64,000 bases of DNA from Daphnia carinata. Lineage: Eukaryota. The translations under genes were made by a program, and so were the position numbers. Where the stretch lies: NCBI RefSeq assembly GCF_022539665.2, contig NC_081331.1:6944001-7008000 (forward strand). Reading direction: 5' to 3'. The notes under the pieces are model-generated. The model was not told where the DNA came from, made no database searches, and worked only from the letters and a program-made list of their open reading frames with translations. Shown in pieces: positions 37,464 to 52,168 of this stretch (the first letter of the stretch is position 1; each line of letters starts with the position of its first letter).

Positions 37464-38824
37464 CTCGTCCGGTGCGGCTGAATGATGGAAGTTTGAGATG
37501 ATTTCTTTTGATTTTACATTGTCACTGTCGGATGCATCACTGTTCCCTATTGGGGCTCGTATGATGTTTGAGGAAACATGCCACTGCAATTTGAAGATAT
37601 TATTCCAGTTACGGTGAAGCGTTTTTGTGTGTGGACTTGTTTTGTCGTAGATCTTCGCCCACTTGATGGATCTTGATGTATTACAACAACAGCAAAAAAT
37701 AGGCGGCGATTCGGATGCCTTTGAAAGAAGAGGTCAGTGTGGCTCTTTCTCTCTCTCTCACCAGGGCGTTACTTAGGCAAAAAGGAGTAAAGGAGGCTTT
37801 TTTTGAGTATCGTTTTCACGTTCCAGGAAAGACTGAAAGAAAACCAGAAGGGTTTTATGTTCTTCTTTGGGCTTCTCTTTTGGCTCCTTGTTCGCATCCT
37901 TTCGTCTCGGCGAAGAAAATGTTTTCACATATGCAAACGGCGTCTACTCGACATATTGCCTCGTCGGCAAATACAGCCGACGTCTTCAGAGATTTCACCT
38001 CGTTGATTATTCCTGTGAAGGCAGTCGCCTACTCATCCGAAAAAAGAACGGCGTGCGACCGCTACCTTCAAAACGAGCGCACCGGAATGAAATCACACAT
38101 ATGTGCGCGGGTTAAGAAGAACAAGAAAGTCAAAGAATATCGGTCATAGCCATGGGACTTAATATATGAAACACAAGAGAGTTTTTGGCCCAGCAAAAAA
38201 AAAAATTGTGTGTAGGATTGGCGCAGAGATGCGACGAAATATCCAACTGCCACCGCCCTCCGTCAAAGATTCAAACACTTAAGCACGTTCTAAAGCTTCA
38301 CGCACATGGAATGCTATTCAATCACTTTCGTGATCGTCCATTGCGAAGCACAACTTGGTTCGATTTTTTTCTATTTATATGTATATATGTTTTATTTTGT
38401 TATCTCGGCCCAAGTTATTGTTCAGTAAAGGTGAATGGTAATTATTTCCCTGTTCGTTTTTGGAGTGGGAAGGAGACGAGTTGCAACCCTCTGGGTTCGT
38501 CTTATTATTGCTATTTTTACTTCGATGACGGTTTTTGAAAAATAGCTGAGATTGGCGTAGGATGGTGAGTGGTTGACACAGTCAACAGACAGACACAAAC
38601 ACTGGCAGCAACAACGCAAGCGGAAAGAGAAGAATAACACTGGCCCTTCTTCTTTCGGATGGCGTTCGGCTTTTGATGTGGAAACTTGCGCAACCCGGTG
38701 TGTGTGGGCTGGACTTTTAAAGCTCAAAGCTTTTAGAAAACAGTGTCGAAAGAAGACCGGAATTTGAACGAGAAGAATAAACGCAGTTTTTCCCTTTTTT
38801 TTTTTCTTATTCTGTTATAAATAG

Positions 38825-38830
38825 ACTCAC
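38825..38830 (-). other. Candidate splice donor ending a non-coding upstream exon
   Basis: Minus strand tttgac|GTGAGT, a consensus donor 635 nt downstream of the predicted TSS. The matching acceptor is not resolved. Confidence 0.4.
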
Positions 38831-39433
38831 GTCAAATCGATTCGCACATTGGGGAGAGAAACACACGCACGCCGCACGTTTTTTGTATACATACACACGC
38901 ACTGGTAGACACAGAAAGCGTTCTGAATTCTCTATGAACTCGAACTCGTGTGTTTGTGCGGCACACGCTCGTCGAGATGTCGAACGAATTTCGAAAGTAC
39001 CGCCCTAACTATCGGTTCCACGCGATTACAGACGACAGTTGAAAAATTCTTTTTTTTTCGTGGTCGAATTTGAACCCGTTATTATCTAGCACTCGATGCC
39101 ATGTTTGTCCACACTTCACTGACACAATCCAAATTTTGTTTCTTCAATCCTCAGCTTTTTTTGTGTGTGTGTATTCTTCGATGATTTTTACGGCAGGCCG
39201 GTTTCAAACATTGGCAATGTTTTCGTGAAGAACAACTTCCAGCGACCTACACCCACCTACACAAAACACATTGGTTCGTTTTGTCGATGCCAGTTGTTGG
39301 TGTTTGCCCTTTCGTGAATTTTTGGCACGTCGTCTGCCTTCCCCCCCTTTCTCTTGTTTTGTTTTTTTCTTGTCCTTTTTTTTTTTTTTTGTAAGGACTA
39401 CGATTTTAGTTGAGGGGATAGAGTCGCCAGACG

Positions 39434-39467
39434 CGTCCGCCGTCCGACGAGTCGTCAGTGAAACTGA
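39434..39467 (-). promoter_or_regulatory. Inr + DPE core promoter, predicted TSS at 39465 for the 1258-aa gene
   Basis: Minus strand reads TCAGTT (Inr TCAKTY, A+1 = 39465) and GGACG (DPE RGWYV) at exactly +28..+32 (39438-39434). No TATA at -30. GA repeats lie ~135 nt upstream (39597-39605). It points toward the CDS 2.1 kb downstream. Confidence 0.65.
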
Positions 39468-42400
39468 TGCTCATTGCTGGGTGCGTGCCGAACCACATCC
39501 CGGGGTGTGAGCCAACCGAGCCAACAGAGATGGACGACGGCAAGAAGTTGGGTGTGTTCAGATGGGAGGCACGGGGGGTGGTGGATCGTCAAGAAAGAGA
39601 GAGAGACATACATATCTAGGCACACACGCACATAGACACACACATTCTGTTGGCCAGATCCAACGCCGACGGTAGGGGCACCTTTGGGGCGCATCACGCT
39701 CCAACGTCTATAGAGGCTTATAACAGCCTCACCTTGAGCGTACATCCGTCAGATGGCGAGTTCGGGCAACCGCTGAGACTTGCGCACCTCTGCAATCGAA
39801 AGCTCTACATTGTTTGTTGTTCAATCAAATGCGTTTTGCCTGGCTACGGATTTTGGCCATATTGTCATTACATAACGCGCTTCCCTTCGCTTAAAAAGAA
39901 ATTCAATTTCAATTTCAATTTATGTTCAATATGAGACAGACTGGATACATGACCGTGTAATCACGTTAGCGTACTAATAAAGACAGATATATAAGAGTTA
40001 AAAGACGTCAATATCGTTTCAAGAATGATGTGAGGACTTTTCATGAAATCTACGTTGTTCGTGTCTCCAGGCGAGCGGCGGGGGTAACATTCAGTCAATA
40101 TTTAGAGCTATCCTGTTAAACGTATATGTCTACCTCGTCCATCTGCGACTCCATTAAGATAATTGGTCTCCGATGTGGCCTGGTTCTCGTTCTCTTGATT
40201 CTTCGTCTCTTGTCGGCCCAATACGTTTTGCAGACGTACTCTATCGCTCTGGGGGGAATTCGCTAATGAATCGAATGAGCGACGAGCGAGAACAGAGATG
40301 TAACCGCACCCCCAACTATTTCTCTGCATGTCGTATAAACGGCGTATCATCGACCCTTATTCGTTCGGTAACCGCTGCAGCCATTCAATCTAACTGATTG
40401 GGGCATCGCAATCTCTTAAAACTTAAACTCTCAGACTGGAACATTATTCAATATGTCATCGCTGATGTGCAAGTGCATGGAACTGACTGAAAAAAATTTA
40501 GCGGAATTAAGTTATCCCAATTATTTTTCTGCGAAAACTCGTTAGAAAAAATGAAGCCCTCGTTAAAGTAGAGCTATAGTTAGGTTAGTTTTTTTTTCTT
40601 TCAAATCAACAGCCGAACGTAAGGAGTAACGTTTTCGTAGGTGCGGTAACGTTAACAGGGGTATGGATCGGAATAGGATTCTAGGAAGGGGCGCTAGATT
40701 AAGAACCTCGACCGAAAGAGTCAATGCGTGTTATGTTTTTCACTTTGGTCCTTGCTCCAGTCGCACGTTTGTCGCCATGATAATAAACAGACCCAACCCA
40801 AACCCGACAAAAGGGTGTCCCACCGTATCGTATGCAATACGAAAGAGAGAATTCGCAGATGGTTCCGGTTCCGGATCACTCGTCTTTTTATTTTTCTCTC
40901 TCACTCTGATTCACTCAAGACAATGCAACTGGCCTGCCGCACCGATTCATTTATCCAACCCAAAACAAAGAAGAAAACAATAACCATCTAACAAAAACAA
41001 ACACGACCGCTGTACATGCACACGTATATACATACAGCATAGCTACCTTACATATATATACATACAACAATCACCACTCCAAAATAGAAAAAAAAAAATT
41101 TAGAATTTTGTTTTTTTAAGGAATCTGGTTTGGATTCGAACGGTATGTAGGGCCAACGCCCTTTATCACGGCAATGGTCTTTTTTTATTTATCGCTCTTC
41201 GTTTTCTTATTGTCTTTGCTTCCTTAGTCGTTGCGAATTTTGTTTCTTTGTTATTGCTGCACCTACATGTACCACCTAGCTCTATTTCTCTTGTAGCCCC
41301 TTCTCGACGGTCTTCGAAAGACACGAAAGGCAGCACTGAAGTGGGGCACGCAGAGAGAGAGAGAGAACTGAGGGAGTTGGCACGGAGGGATTCAACTGAC
41401 GCGCGCGCGATTCAAATCAGTCAAAACCGTTGGAGAAGTTACAAAAGAAAAGAAAAAAAGTTTGACATCATCAAGTAATCGATTTTTCAAAGCCATCGTC
41501 TTGTGAGTTGTCAAATTCGATAATATTTGCTACGATTGATCGATTTCTTCGATCTACCGTACGCCATGCCGGTGGATTGCGACGTGATCGAAGAATGCCG
41601 GCGAAACAGGTCGACCAAATCGCGCGCACTCGACACATCGTTCATTCGACTTTCATTCCCCATTGTCTATATCCGTTTCAGAGAAAAAAAAAGGAAATCA
41701 GTAAACAGAAACGAAAAGGCAAAACAATAAACAATCGAAAAGGAACCCAAAAACAAAACAGGAATTCGATCCTTTTTTTTTATTCAATAAATTGATGATT
41801 TCACTCGATGGTTCCATCGATATTCCTAATCAACTCATCATCTCCAAATTGAAGCGATGGGTTGGCAACGATACGCAAACTATGTCCGCTTGGGAGGATC
41901 AAACTCGAAAGGATGAGCTCCTAGTAGGACTGTTCATTCACCCCCATTGCTGACTGAAACGGTTTATTGCCATATTCTTTTGTTTGTTTTCTCGTGTTAT
42001 TGTTTCCCATACTTTCTTGTGTTGGCCATCGTCAAGAAGTGTTTGTTGTTTTCTTACTATGTTGGAGGAGGGTATGTGTGCTACATTATCCTCGGCCTTG
42101 TATACATTTAGAAGGGGGAGGGAGCAAAAGGGAGGGCAAAAGGAGGTAAGGTGGCCAAGATCTTCGTCCCGTTCGACTATTATTATTTATCCGTGGTAGT
42201 TATGGATGTAATGAACATGCGCAGTTTTTTTTTATGGCCAGAAGAACCAAAAGTCTGGACTACGGAAGCTTCTGATGGCACTTTCCACTTTGAATGACGG
42301 AAGACGTAAGAGCCGCTCGTATTGTCAATCATTAAACGAGAGCAAGTCGAAGGGAAAGCGCAGGCGGGGATGAATTGCGAGTACACAGTATAACGGTTGG

Positions 42401-45400
42401 TCCGGCATTTGTCGTTCTCCTTCCACTCGCCAGGTTCCACGAGAACTTGGCGGCCATACCGATCCAGTCATGGGGATAATAAAAAGGGGGAAGGGAACTC
42501 TTGCACGTAACAAAGTAAAAACGGGAAGAAAGTGACGGCATTAGTGATGTAAAAGAAGCTCAACCATCCGAATGCGGTAATAAAATGGATACTTTAGATA
42601 CCCTACAATAGATCGCAATTTCATAATGATTTTTTAAATAAAACTTGGCTTTGGTCGGTCTATTTTTGCTTTGTGGTCATCGAGGAGTTCATTCAATGAG
42701 ACCATCTCTGCAATCGAAGAGATTTTCGATCGATTTATTCGTGCATCTTAATTAATGAGAATAAGTTAAAGGTTGTCCACGTCACAAAACGCTTTTGGCA
42801 TAATCGAAATCACAAAACCAAAAAATGCAAACCTTTTTTTTTTCATTTATTCCGATCGTATTGTTGTTGTTTTTCTCTCTCTTGAATGTCGATCGTATCT
42901 CATTTATTTCAGTGATAGGATTACGTCGCCACAATTACTAAGGCCCATCGATTTGCACAGCTAGTCATCGGATTACACACACAATATTGATCGCTCATTT
43001 TTTTTGGTTTTTTTAATGCACATCCGTGGACTCTCTTGAAACACATTCCTTCTTTTTTCTCTGATATCTTTTTTTTTTCTTCTCGGGCTTTTGATTTTTG
43101 ATTCTTTTCGTTTTATTATTATTTTTTTTTACTTATGCTGTGCTTCCTTTTTTTGTTGCTGTTGTTGCTCTTGGCTTCTGTCTTCCCTCCCACTCGTCCC
43201 AAGTCTCTCTATCGTGATTTTGCCGTGCAAGGCGGTATGGGCGGTCACGAGATACTGATGTGTTCGGGTGATTTTGTTGAATATTCAGTAAGAAAGCGAA
43301 CGCATAGTGTAGACAGCACAGAATTCAATCTATCTATCCATCTCTCTTCTTATTTTTTTGTTTTTGTTTTTGTTTTTTTTTTGCAGGGAAAGGGCTTGCT
43401 TTTCTATTGGCTTTCCAACATCCGATATTCTGTTTCCCTTTTTGTTTTGAACGTCGGGGAAAAAAAAAAACTCCGTGTCTGGTGCCTACATACCGGCAGA
43501 TGATGCCACAGCCTATACCATATCTCCAGTAGTAGCTTAAAAAAAATAATAATAATAAATAAAAAAAAAAGCCAGCCAACTTGCGACTCCCACGTATCAT
43601 TATGCTCCAATGCTTCCTATGCGCGCTACGATGATACCTATACAGCATTGCCGTATAATTCGGTTATTCCTCTCCAGGAAACATGTGATCGCAACAAAGA
43701 GTTCCTTCTGCTCATTCTGATGTTGATAAATAGTAACAGTATGTATTTTCACAGCGCATCGGTCATGCGAGCTTTCTATTTTTTTTTACCCCGTTGTATG
43801 AATTGCATTTTTACGCAGATGTATAAATACATTGGTGCACATTTACGACCCGTCTATATGCCCGCTGATACGTGTGTGTCTGCCTGTCTACGTGTGTGTG
43901 AAAAGAAACGATACCGTTGAGCTGGATAATCTAGGCGTGAAAGATGAAAAAAAAAGGTCCCTCCTTTCTATTTTTTAAAGGAGGGGGGATACCCGCTGGT
44001 AGAAAACGTCCCGTTGCTCCCGTTAACCCTTTTCGTGTTGTTTTGTTTCATTGTTATTCGGTTGTGCATCGCGTTTGAAACAGGAACAACAAAACGTGCT
44101 ATTGAAACGCGGATCCGTCATTGATTATTTAAAAGGTGACTAAGTCAACGTAGGGTATTTATCTTCCGAAATTCGAACGTGCTAATGCGCTTGATTGCTC
44201 GACCGTTAAGCTTTGCATCACCGTTGGACGCAGACGGAGAATTACATATTCAGAATCAGGATAATTTTTTTTTTACCGACAATTTAAAGACTAGACTTGG
44301 CACAGAGGGGCTATGCTGTCGGTTAAGCAGCTGCGTGATTCAAAAGGACGTCAGATATAAAAATAAATGTTTCGAAATAAGAACGAACGAACCATGACGG
44401 CCAATGAAACGACTAGAAAAAGGTGCCCTATGCACCGCCTGCCTTTCGGTAGGTGAAACGTCTAGTCAATTTCCTGATTAATTATTTAGCCAGTTTAAAT
44501 TTTGGTTATTTCACTGACTGTTGAAAAAATCCAACTAAAATATATTTGGCTTAATTTGTTTGTTTGTTTGTTTTTTTTTTCTAAAATTGTTTTTTTTTTG
44601 GCTCATCGCAAGTCTCTTCGGATAGTTTTCAATTTTATAAGAAACTTCCCCCAAGCAAAAAATGGAACTGTTTTAGTTTTCTTGGGTTTCTCGTCGGTCA
44701 TTCACCCCGAGTGGGATTCCAGGATTTCAAAGCTGTTGCGTTAGACGAAAAACAAATGCCGTCCACTAAAAGCAAAAAAAGGTGATGGACGAAGAAGAAG
44801 CCGACCACCAACCCAATGCCGAAAGAAGTTGGTCCGAGTGATAACCACTACATCTAAGCAACTACACGTGAGGTCTTTGAACAACATTGTTTTTGGACGC
44901 AATGAAAAAGTCAATAGCACCCAGTGCGCGCTCCCCGGTGTTGAATAAATAAACAGAAATTGAAATACAATGTATTTTGCGTTGTTGGAGCTTTCTCTTT
45001 TTCATCCCGAAATAAACTTTTCTCATTCTGTTTGACAACGTTTTCCGCACTCGTTCTCTTGCGTAAATCGTCCTTGTATATTATGGTTCGACACGAATCT
45101 CTCTCGGCTCGACGTTGTGTCATACACTCTAGCACGGCGTGGCTACGGGAAAACGTAATGGCCTCGGCGAAGAAAAGGACCTCGCGATCGGATGAAAGAA
45201 CCGACAAAGATAGTGACGATAGCGGCCTCACATGAAATTGGCTCGGCTACAGCAATAAGCAATCGGCTGTTTGTCTGCTTCTTCGCAAGCCAACAAGAAA
45301 AAGAGCTAGAGAAAAGAAGCAGTGGTTTTCGATAGGACCACAGCAAAGCGCTACGTCACTTTGCCAAGGCGACGAGTGAATAGGAGAATAGAACCGATAC

Positions 45401-48400
45401 CCTCCCGTCTCTTCATTGGAACGGCTAATGACGGACGCCATAGATAATACACGGGCATCTCTATGTCGCCAAGGGTTCGAGTCTATATCCAACGCCCTAT
45501 AGTGTCTTATATAAAAGACCCGCATCTCATTAGACTTTGCGCTCTTGTGTAGTTGTTCCAAAAAAAAAAAAGCTGGCGGCCGGGCCAGTAAGATGTCGAG
45601 ACCTCTTTTGCCAAAGCTATTGGAGCTGTTGGGGTGGTCTTGAAGAGACAATACTGCGAGTACAGAATGGAACATATATATATATCTTTTTCTTTTCGAC
45701 CCAATCTCAACTTATTTTTCCTTCTCTGAGCTCTTTAAATTTTACGTGATTCCGATCTTGTTTAAGCCTTTAGCTAGCACTTCTTCTGCGGTGTTCCTCC
45801 GCCGGCTATATTATAATTACTAGATTCTCCCCTTCCCCACTAGTGGCAGCAACGTACTCATCAATTGTATCAATTGGCGCGAGACAAGTTCAACGTCGAG
45901 GAATGGCGACAATAACAAGCGAGGCGTGCTCAATCGACATTTGAATCATTTCGAAAAAAAAAAATGTCTTGGCTTTTGTACATCTGCTCACGCATGAACA
46001 TTGGAGCAAGTTTGGCCTTCCGTTGGCAGCCTCGGTACCTTCGCCGCCATATTTTATTGGACAACAATACAGAAAAATTTTTTGAATTTTAATTTTGACA
46101 TTTGGTTAATGAACGAATAGCCTTGGCCACAAGTTGGACAGCAGATGCATGCCATCCAACAGTCTTACACCTTGCACCGTGTGATCCAGGAAGATCGATG
46201 GCCGCATAGGTTGTGGTATATCAATAAAACTAAAATCTTTTACTTGTTCGAGTTATATGACGCTGAATATCGAAATGCATATATACGGTATGTTGTATAA
46301 TGTATATTACATATACTGTCAACAGAAGATAGGAGGAAAAGACGAAGCGCAACTTTCAACGTGAGACAGTCGGCCTGTCGGGGATATGTCAAACTTGGGA
46401 TAGCATTGCTGGCTATGGCGTATAGCAAACTAGAAGGTAGACAATGTACTTTTAATGAGAAAAAAAAAAGGAGAACTAGAAGAAGTAAGTTTTGTGTGGC
46501 ATTCATTAACAACGTTAGCTTACATGGCGGTACGAAGATTGGGGACAGTACAAAGTCATAACTATATCAAGAACAAATAGACAGCTGGTCACCTCTTGTC
46601 AATAATCAAGCAGCGTGAAAGTACACAGATAAAAAAAGTTTAACAAAAGGAAAAGTTTGAAGAGCCTAAACTATTGCGAGCTGAAAAAGAGCCCCTGGTG
46701 ACCAGCAAGTCAACGTCGTTATTGTGTCATTCAAGGCTTTCGAACGCAATCTGATAATTCAAAGAGCCAGGGGATAACATCCCCCTTGTCCCCAATTGGA
46801 TCTAAAGCTTAAACTCTAATTGAATCGCTCGATGGGCCGAACGAATGGGCCCCATCATTTGACAACACGATGGCAGAATGTCCCACCGGTTACCTCGGAC
46901 GACAAACGACTGATGATGACGACTGTGTTCTTTGCAACGCATTTCGCCTCACCTTATGACAAACGTGGATCTCTTTTCTCTTTCTCACTATCTTTCTTCG
47001 ACCCTCTCAAAGTTGTAGAGGACACAAAAAGGGCACCAAAAGAAAAGGAGAAGAAAGGGCGGAAGGAACGTCCGGAACAAAGAGGCCGGATAAAAGGGCG
47101 ACTCGACGGATAAAAGTGTGAGGTGGATGTGAAAGAGAGAGCCGACAAACGACGTCTCCAACGAAAAAAAAACAAAACAAAAAAAAAAACTAAACAAAAA
47201 AACAGACACACACAAAAAAAGAGAATAAAAGCACAGGAGGGGTTCAGTGGAAGGCAAAAAAAAAATCTAGAAAGGATATAACCTCATCACCGCAGCAACA
47301 CAGCTCGACCAGCTCAGCCAGCTCGGCAACATCAGACAATACGATACAAATGGAAGATTGATTTGGGCATCGAGAGGAGGAGCCCCATGACAACAGAGGG
47401 GGGAGGGTGGAGGCAAGCATACTCTCTCTTTCTCCCCATCTCTCTCTATGAGGCAGACGAACAACAAACAGAAACAGAAGAGAAGAGGAAGAAGACAACA
47501 ACCAAAAACCAAATACATACACATACACACAGAGAGGGACGAAAGAGAAAAAAAAAAAAAAAAAAAAAAAACAAGCAAAAAAACTCAAGTTGGTGAGGCT
47601 GCCGCCGCTTCCAAAACATCCAGTGCGCCCTCCCAACAAAATGCCTGACTCTCCGTATATAGGCGCATAGGCGGATGATGGACGCGGGCCAACAAATGGG
47701 AGACACGGGCGAGGGAATCGTGCCAGCCCTTGCCAAAAAGTAGAGAGTTTTTAGTCCGGCATCACCAGCGACCCCGAAGTAAAGACGTGGGCAAGACGAA
47801 GAAGAAGAACAAAAACAAAAACCAAAACTTCTGGTTACTCTGTAGTATATTCTGTAATTCAGCACCATCCTGAATATTACAAAGATATATACCAGGACTC
47901 TTTTCTCTTACATTTTTCCTTTCGACCTTCAACGAACGGAGATTCCTTACTTAACATTCGATTTTCTGAATCATACAAGCAGCGAATGGATGGGGGGTTA
48001 TGGCGAGTAGCTGTCTTCTCATATCTTGGGCGACTATTTTGACAGACTGCTTCTTCATTTCCGACCGGTTTTGGAAAAACTGTTCTCATCGAACGTCAGT
48101 AGACAAATTGGCTCTTCGTTTTGATCCTTTATGTTGTTTCAATTGGTTAAACACTGTATCGCCCAAGATCGCATGAAACGAACCATCAAGTACGATGCTC
48201 CTATAATTTCAGCGAAAACTGAAGCTCTGAACCTTAAACTGAATGTAGCTTTTCCTTCCGGTTTGAAATGGTACGTCTTGTGTTTCAACGGATGAGACTC
48301 CATCGCAGCTTGACGTCTTCGGGCCGCATTAACCGATGTAATGGCCCGGCCTTAAGCCACTTGATTTATGGACATCGGAGATCATTTATTTACCCATTTT

Positions 48401-50510
48401 TGACATACTGATATTGAGGCAATATCTTTCCACATATTTATTGAAAGGTATTGTGAGTTACCCTTCCATGTAAGGTGAACTCATACCATCTCCCTTCCTT
48501 TGTGGGGTTTTCGTCATAAGCAAAATGTCAATCGAAGTTTCTTCGTGTCGGAGGAAACGATTCAGGAAGACGAAAAGTTATTGAATCCTATATTCCTTCA
48601 GCCGTTCTACCGTTGTTCTTTCGCCCTCCTTTTCCCCTTCCGGAAGACCATTGCCTTCGCAATTGCTTGCTGCATTATACTGTGTACGTCTTGAAGCGGG
48701 GGCGGAACTAGTGTTAAATAAAACAAACCGCAAAAGTCCAAAGTGCAACATTCGATTGGCCGGCTGGTTTAGCTAAAGCAATGTCGTCAAAAAGCCAGGC
48801 CAGGACCAAGACAAAGGTCGGCAATGTGGGCCACTATGTATACAGGGATAGAGAGGACTGGGAAGTTGCCATAACGACCTGGATGGGCTCATTTAGATGG
48901 TGCAATAGCCATATTTCTTCTCAATCAAAATGGTCGGATTCACCCTCCTTCTTTCGTTGCCCTGTCCTTTGCTTCGTCGGTCGTCATCGGCCATCGAAGC
49001 GAACAAACCACATCGTCTCACAGCCGTTAGAAAAGGCAAAGACAAGCCGCAAAATCACGGCCCTAGAAGTGGCGAATAGTCGACCAAAACGCCAAGCATG
49101 CCAAACAACTTTTACGAGCCCGTTTCAACTGATTAACTTGTATTTTCTCATGTCAATTGCAAAAGCCTATTCGATTTATTTCCCGTGCTTTCGTGCCACC
49201 TATTCTTTAGTCATTGCGAAAATAGTGTTCTGCCTCCTTTTTTTTCTATTTTATTTCATATATCATGAGTGGGAAAAAATACATTAAGCAACAATCGATA
49301 CGAATCGTGTCACATCGCGTATTCTTGCCTATTTTTATTCTTTCTTTTTAGTCACTTCTTTCCCTGGCTCTTTCGAAAATATACACCATAGAGCGTTGTG
49401 CTGGCCTCCCGTTTGCCACGACTACATGCATTTCGTATTGGTGAAGAAAGAGGGGTCCGGCATCTACCGGGGAAAAAAAGGGGAAAAAAATCGATGAATC
49501 AATGTAGACTGCCTATATATAGTATGTACTCGGTATAACATTCTAAAAACCGCTATTCGTCCACAGATGGATATAGCCAACTGTTTGAGACCCTAGTTAA
49601 GTGGCCAGTCGTGCTGCGGTGATCGTCATTCAAACATGCCGTCCGCGCATTTTAAATGACACGTAGAAAGCTTCTTAATTTATTTGCCTTTGAAAAGATC
49701 CTTAATGGATCCAACGGCTATTCACCGCCAGCATTTTATGCGACGTGTATGTGCGTTTTAGGATCTTTTACCTGGAAATAAAGACTTTCATTTCAAATGC
49801 AGTTGTCGTTCGGAAAGTATTAAGCAACGCCAAATCCCTTTTCTTTCGTCTTGATTATCGATTATATTTCTATTTGAAATTCTTTGGAATTTCACGAGAA
49901 GTCAGAGACCCAAAGGCATCGATAATCGGTAAGTTTCGTTGTTGAAGAAAAGCCAAAACAAAATCAAACTGAAGGCGCACGAAAAGGGGATAATTCCGTG
50001 TTGGCCAGACATTTTTTGGCTTGCCGCGCAGGGTTACTCTTATGGTACTACTCATCCTGTTGATAAGATAACTCGATGACACTCGGCGACAGGAGACACG
50101 TTGAGGGTTTTTCGAGCTTAAACACACACGGCACGCGTGACCTAGCCTGGTAAGATGGGCTTAACATTGGGGCTCTTGCTCACTTCTTTTTACTTGGTTG
50201 AACTGGGCAAGGAGGAAGAATGACTTCGGAGTGCTCCCCCCCCTTTTTTTTTTGTATGATATTGGCATATTCTTGTCTTTTTGTTGTTTTTTTCTTTTAC
50301 TGATTGAAAAATAAGAGATTACATGTTTTGGGGACAGGAAGAAGAAGGGAAAAGAAGAAGAGTAACAACAGAAAGGAAAAAAAAAAAGAGAAACCTTGCG
50401 AGAAAAAGAGAGAGAGAAAAAAGAAGTCTGCTATGGAAGCAGAAAGATAAGACCGTGACGATTCCGGCCGGATGGAGTGATTTGAAATTCCGCCGGATGA
50501 ACCGACTCAC

Positions 50511-50583
50511 TGTCGTGCATGGCCACTCGCCGCCGCGCTTCGGCCAATCTTCGTGCAGATCCATCTTTATATAACTGTTAAGT
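50511..50583 (-). other. Candidate 73-nt exon of an unidentified transcript
   Basis: Acceptor gtctcctaCAG and donor aca|GTGAGT. It contains an ATG opening MDLHEDWPKRGGEWPCTT up to the donor. Confidence 0.25.
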
Positions 50584-52106
50584 CTGTAGGAGACGTTCGA
50601 GTCGTGTTTTTGCAACGTGCGGATAGATAATGCAAAGCAAAATAAAAACAAAACAAAAAAAAAGTTAGACAATACCAATGGCAAAGGAAATGAGGGCGTA
50701 CCTAATAGGCCTACCACCCGGAACAGTAAACAATCAAATCAACAACAGCCCCAGTCTTTTTTCTTCTCTGCATTTTTTCCCTTGGTGGCAATCAGGCATG
50801 GGATACAAAACAGATAAGAAGAATCGACAAAATAGACGCAAAGAGTTAGATTCCGGCCAGGGGGTAGGGTGTCCAGAGTTATTTCTGCTTTCGTCTGATT
50901 GGTCTCGATCAAATCAGTAGCAACAACACAGGAGCGTCTCCCCAACGTCTCAGTAGAAAGAAGTAGCTTACGGGCTAGCGCCGCTTCGTGTTTGCCGTAA
51001 TGTCAGAGAGTGTATAATGCGCTTCATTGGTCAATCAGAGCGGCGGTTAGCTATATAGAACATGCCTTTGTATCGATTGAACGGCGAAAGGAAAAAGGCA
51101 AAAAGCAAAAAGGGACGCCATGTTCATCTCGGCTGCCAACTCAAACGACAGCGTCCCCAGCACTGCCCCTGTGGCCCTCCAGGCTTTTTGGCGATGACTA
51201 TTTATAAAACTCTAATTACCATAACGATATTGATGATAATGACCCCTCCTATTCTCTCTCCTCGTCCCCCTCATCTCTAACAACTATGCCCGATCTTTTT
51301 TTTTTTTTTTTTTGCTTTCTCCTTTTGTCGCACTCCCGCAACGCTGCAACAATAGTCGTAAAACAAAAGTGACTGGACGGCCGGTCGACGATGTTTGGAG
51401 CCCAGCGGCCTATACATAAAGAGACGGACACTGCACGCATACATACACACGCACATACAAATCCCGTACGGGGTACCAACTCCGTCCAGCTGCCAATGCC
51501 AAATGGTCTTTTTTGATGGTCATCGTAACAATAATCATAATCATAACTATAATTTCTAAACAATGAACACATTTTTCTATTCTTGATCGAATCGATAGGA
51601 ATGATTATTCTTTTTTTTTAATAACATTCGGGTTGACCTCTACATAGTACAAACTTTATCTTGTCTGTGTGCGCACATTCGAACTGTTTCGCTAAGCACA
51701 AAAGGATCTCGTACTCGGTACATTGTAGACCAAAATGTGCTGCCGAAGCTTGTCACTATTGCATGGTCCACAATTTTAATGGCTCTTTCAGTGTCCGTCA
51801 ATTTAAAACCGCCTTTCGGCATAAAAAAGAAACAAGAAGCTGCCATTCGTTTTCAATATTGTTGAACAGCGATTTTAAATATATCTGTCCATTTTTTTTT
51901 TTTACTTTCATTTTAAACGGCACTGGAGCGTTTCTGTCCGCCGGAACGCTGAATTGGCATTTGCTACGAAATATGCATGGAAAAACAGTTAACAAGACCA
52001 GCGGAAAAAAATTGGGACGAAAAAACTTGTTTCATAAATATTTCCAAGCAATTTTCTTTAGGACAGCATGACTGGGATCAGGAATTTTGAAAAATGTTGA
52101 GCTCTA

Positions 52107-52168
52107 GCGCCATCTAGCGATATCCAACAGACTACAGAGACATTCGGAACACCATCCATAGGTGGCTC
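52107..52168. promoter_or_regulatory. Pair of oppositely oriented CTCF-like motifs
   Basis: Minus-strand TCGCTAGATGGCGC (52107-52120) and plus-strand TCCATAGGTGGCTC (52155-52168). Confidence 0.4.

Noticed and set aside
47244..47421. Minus-strand peptide MLASTLPP..VAELAELVELCCCGDE with a possible GAG|GTTATA donor
   Set aside because: Weak donor, no acceptor or family similarity. Cannot be distinguished from chance.
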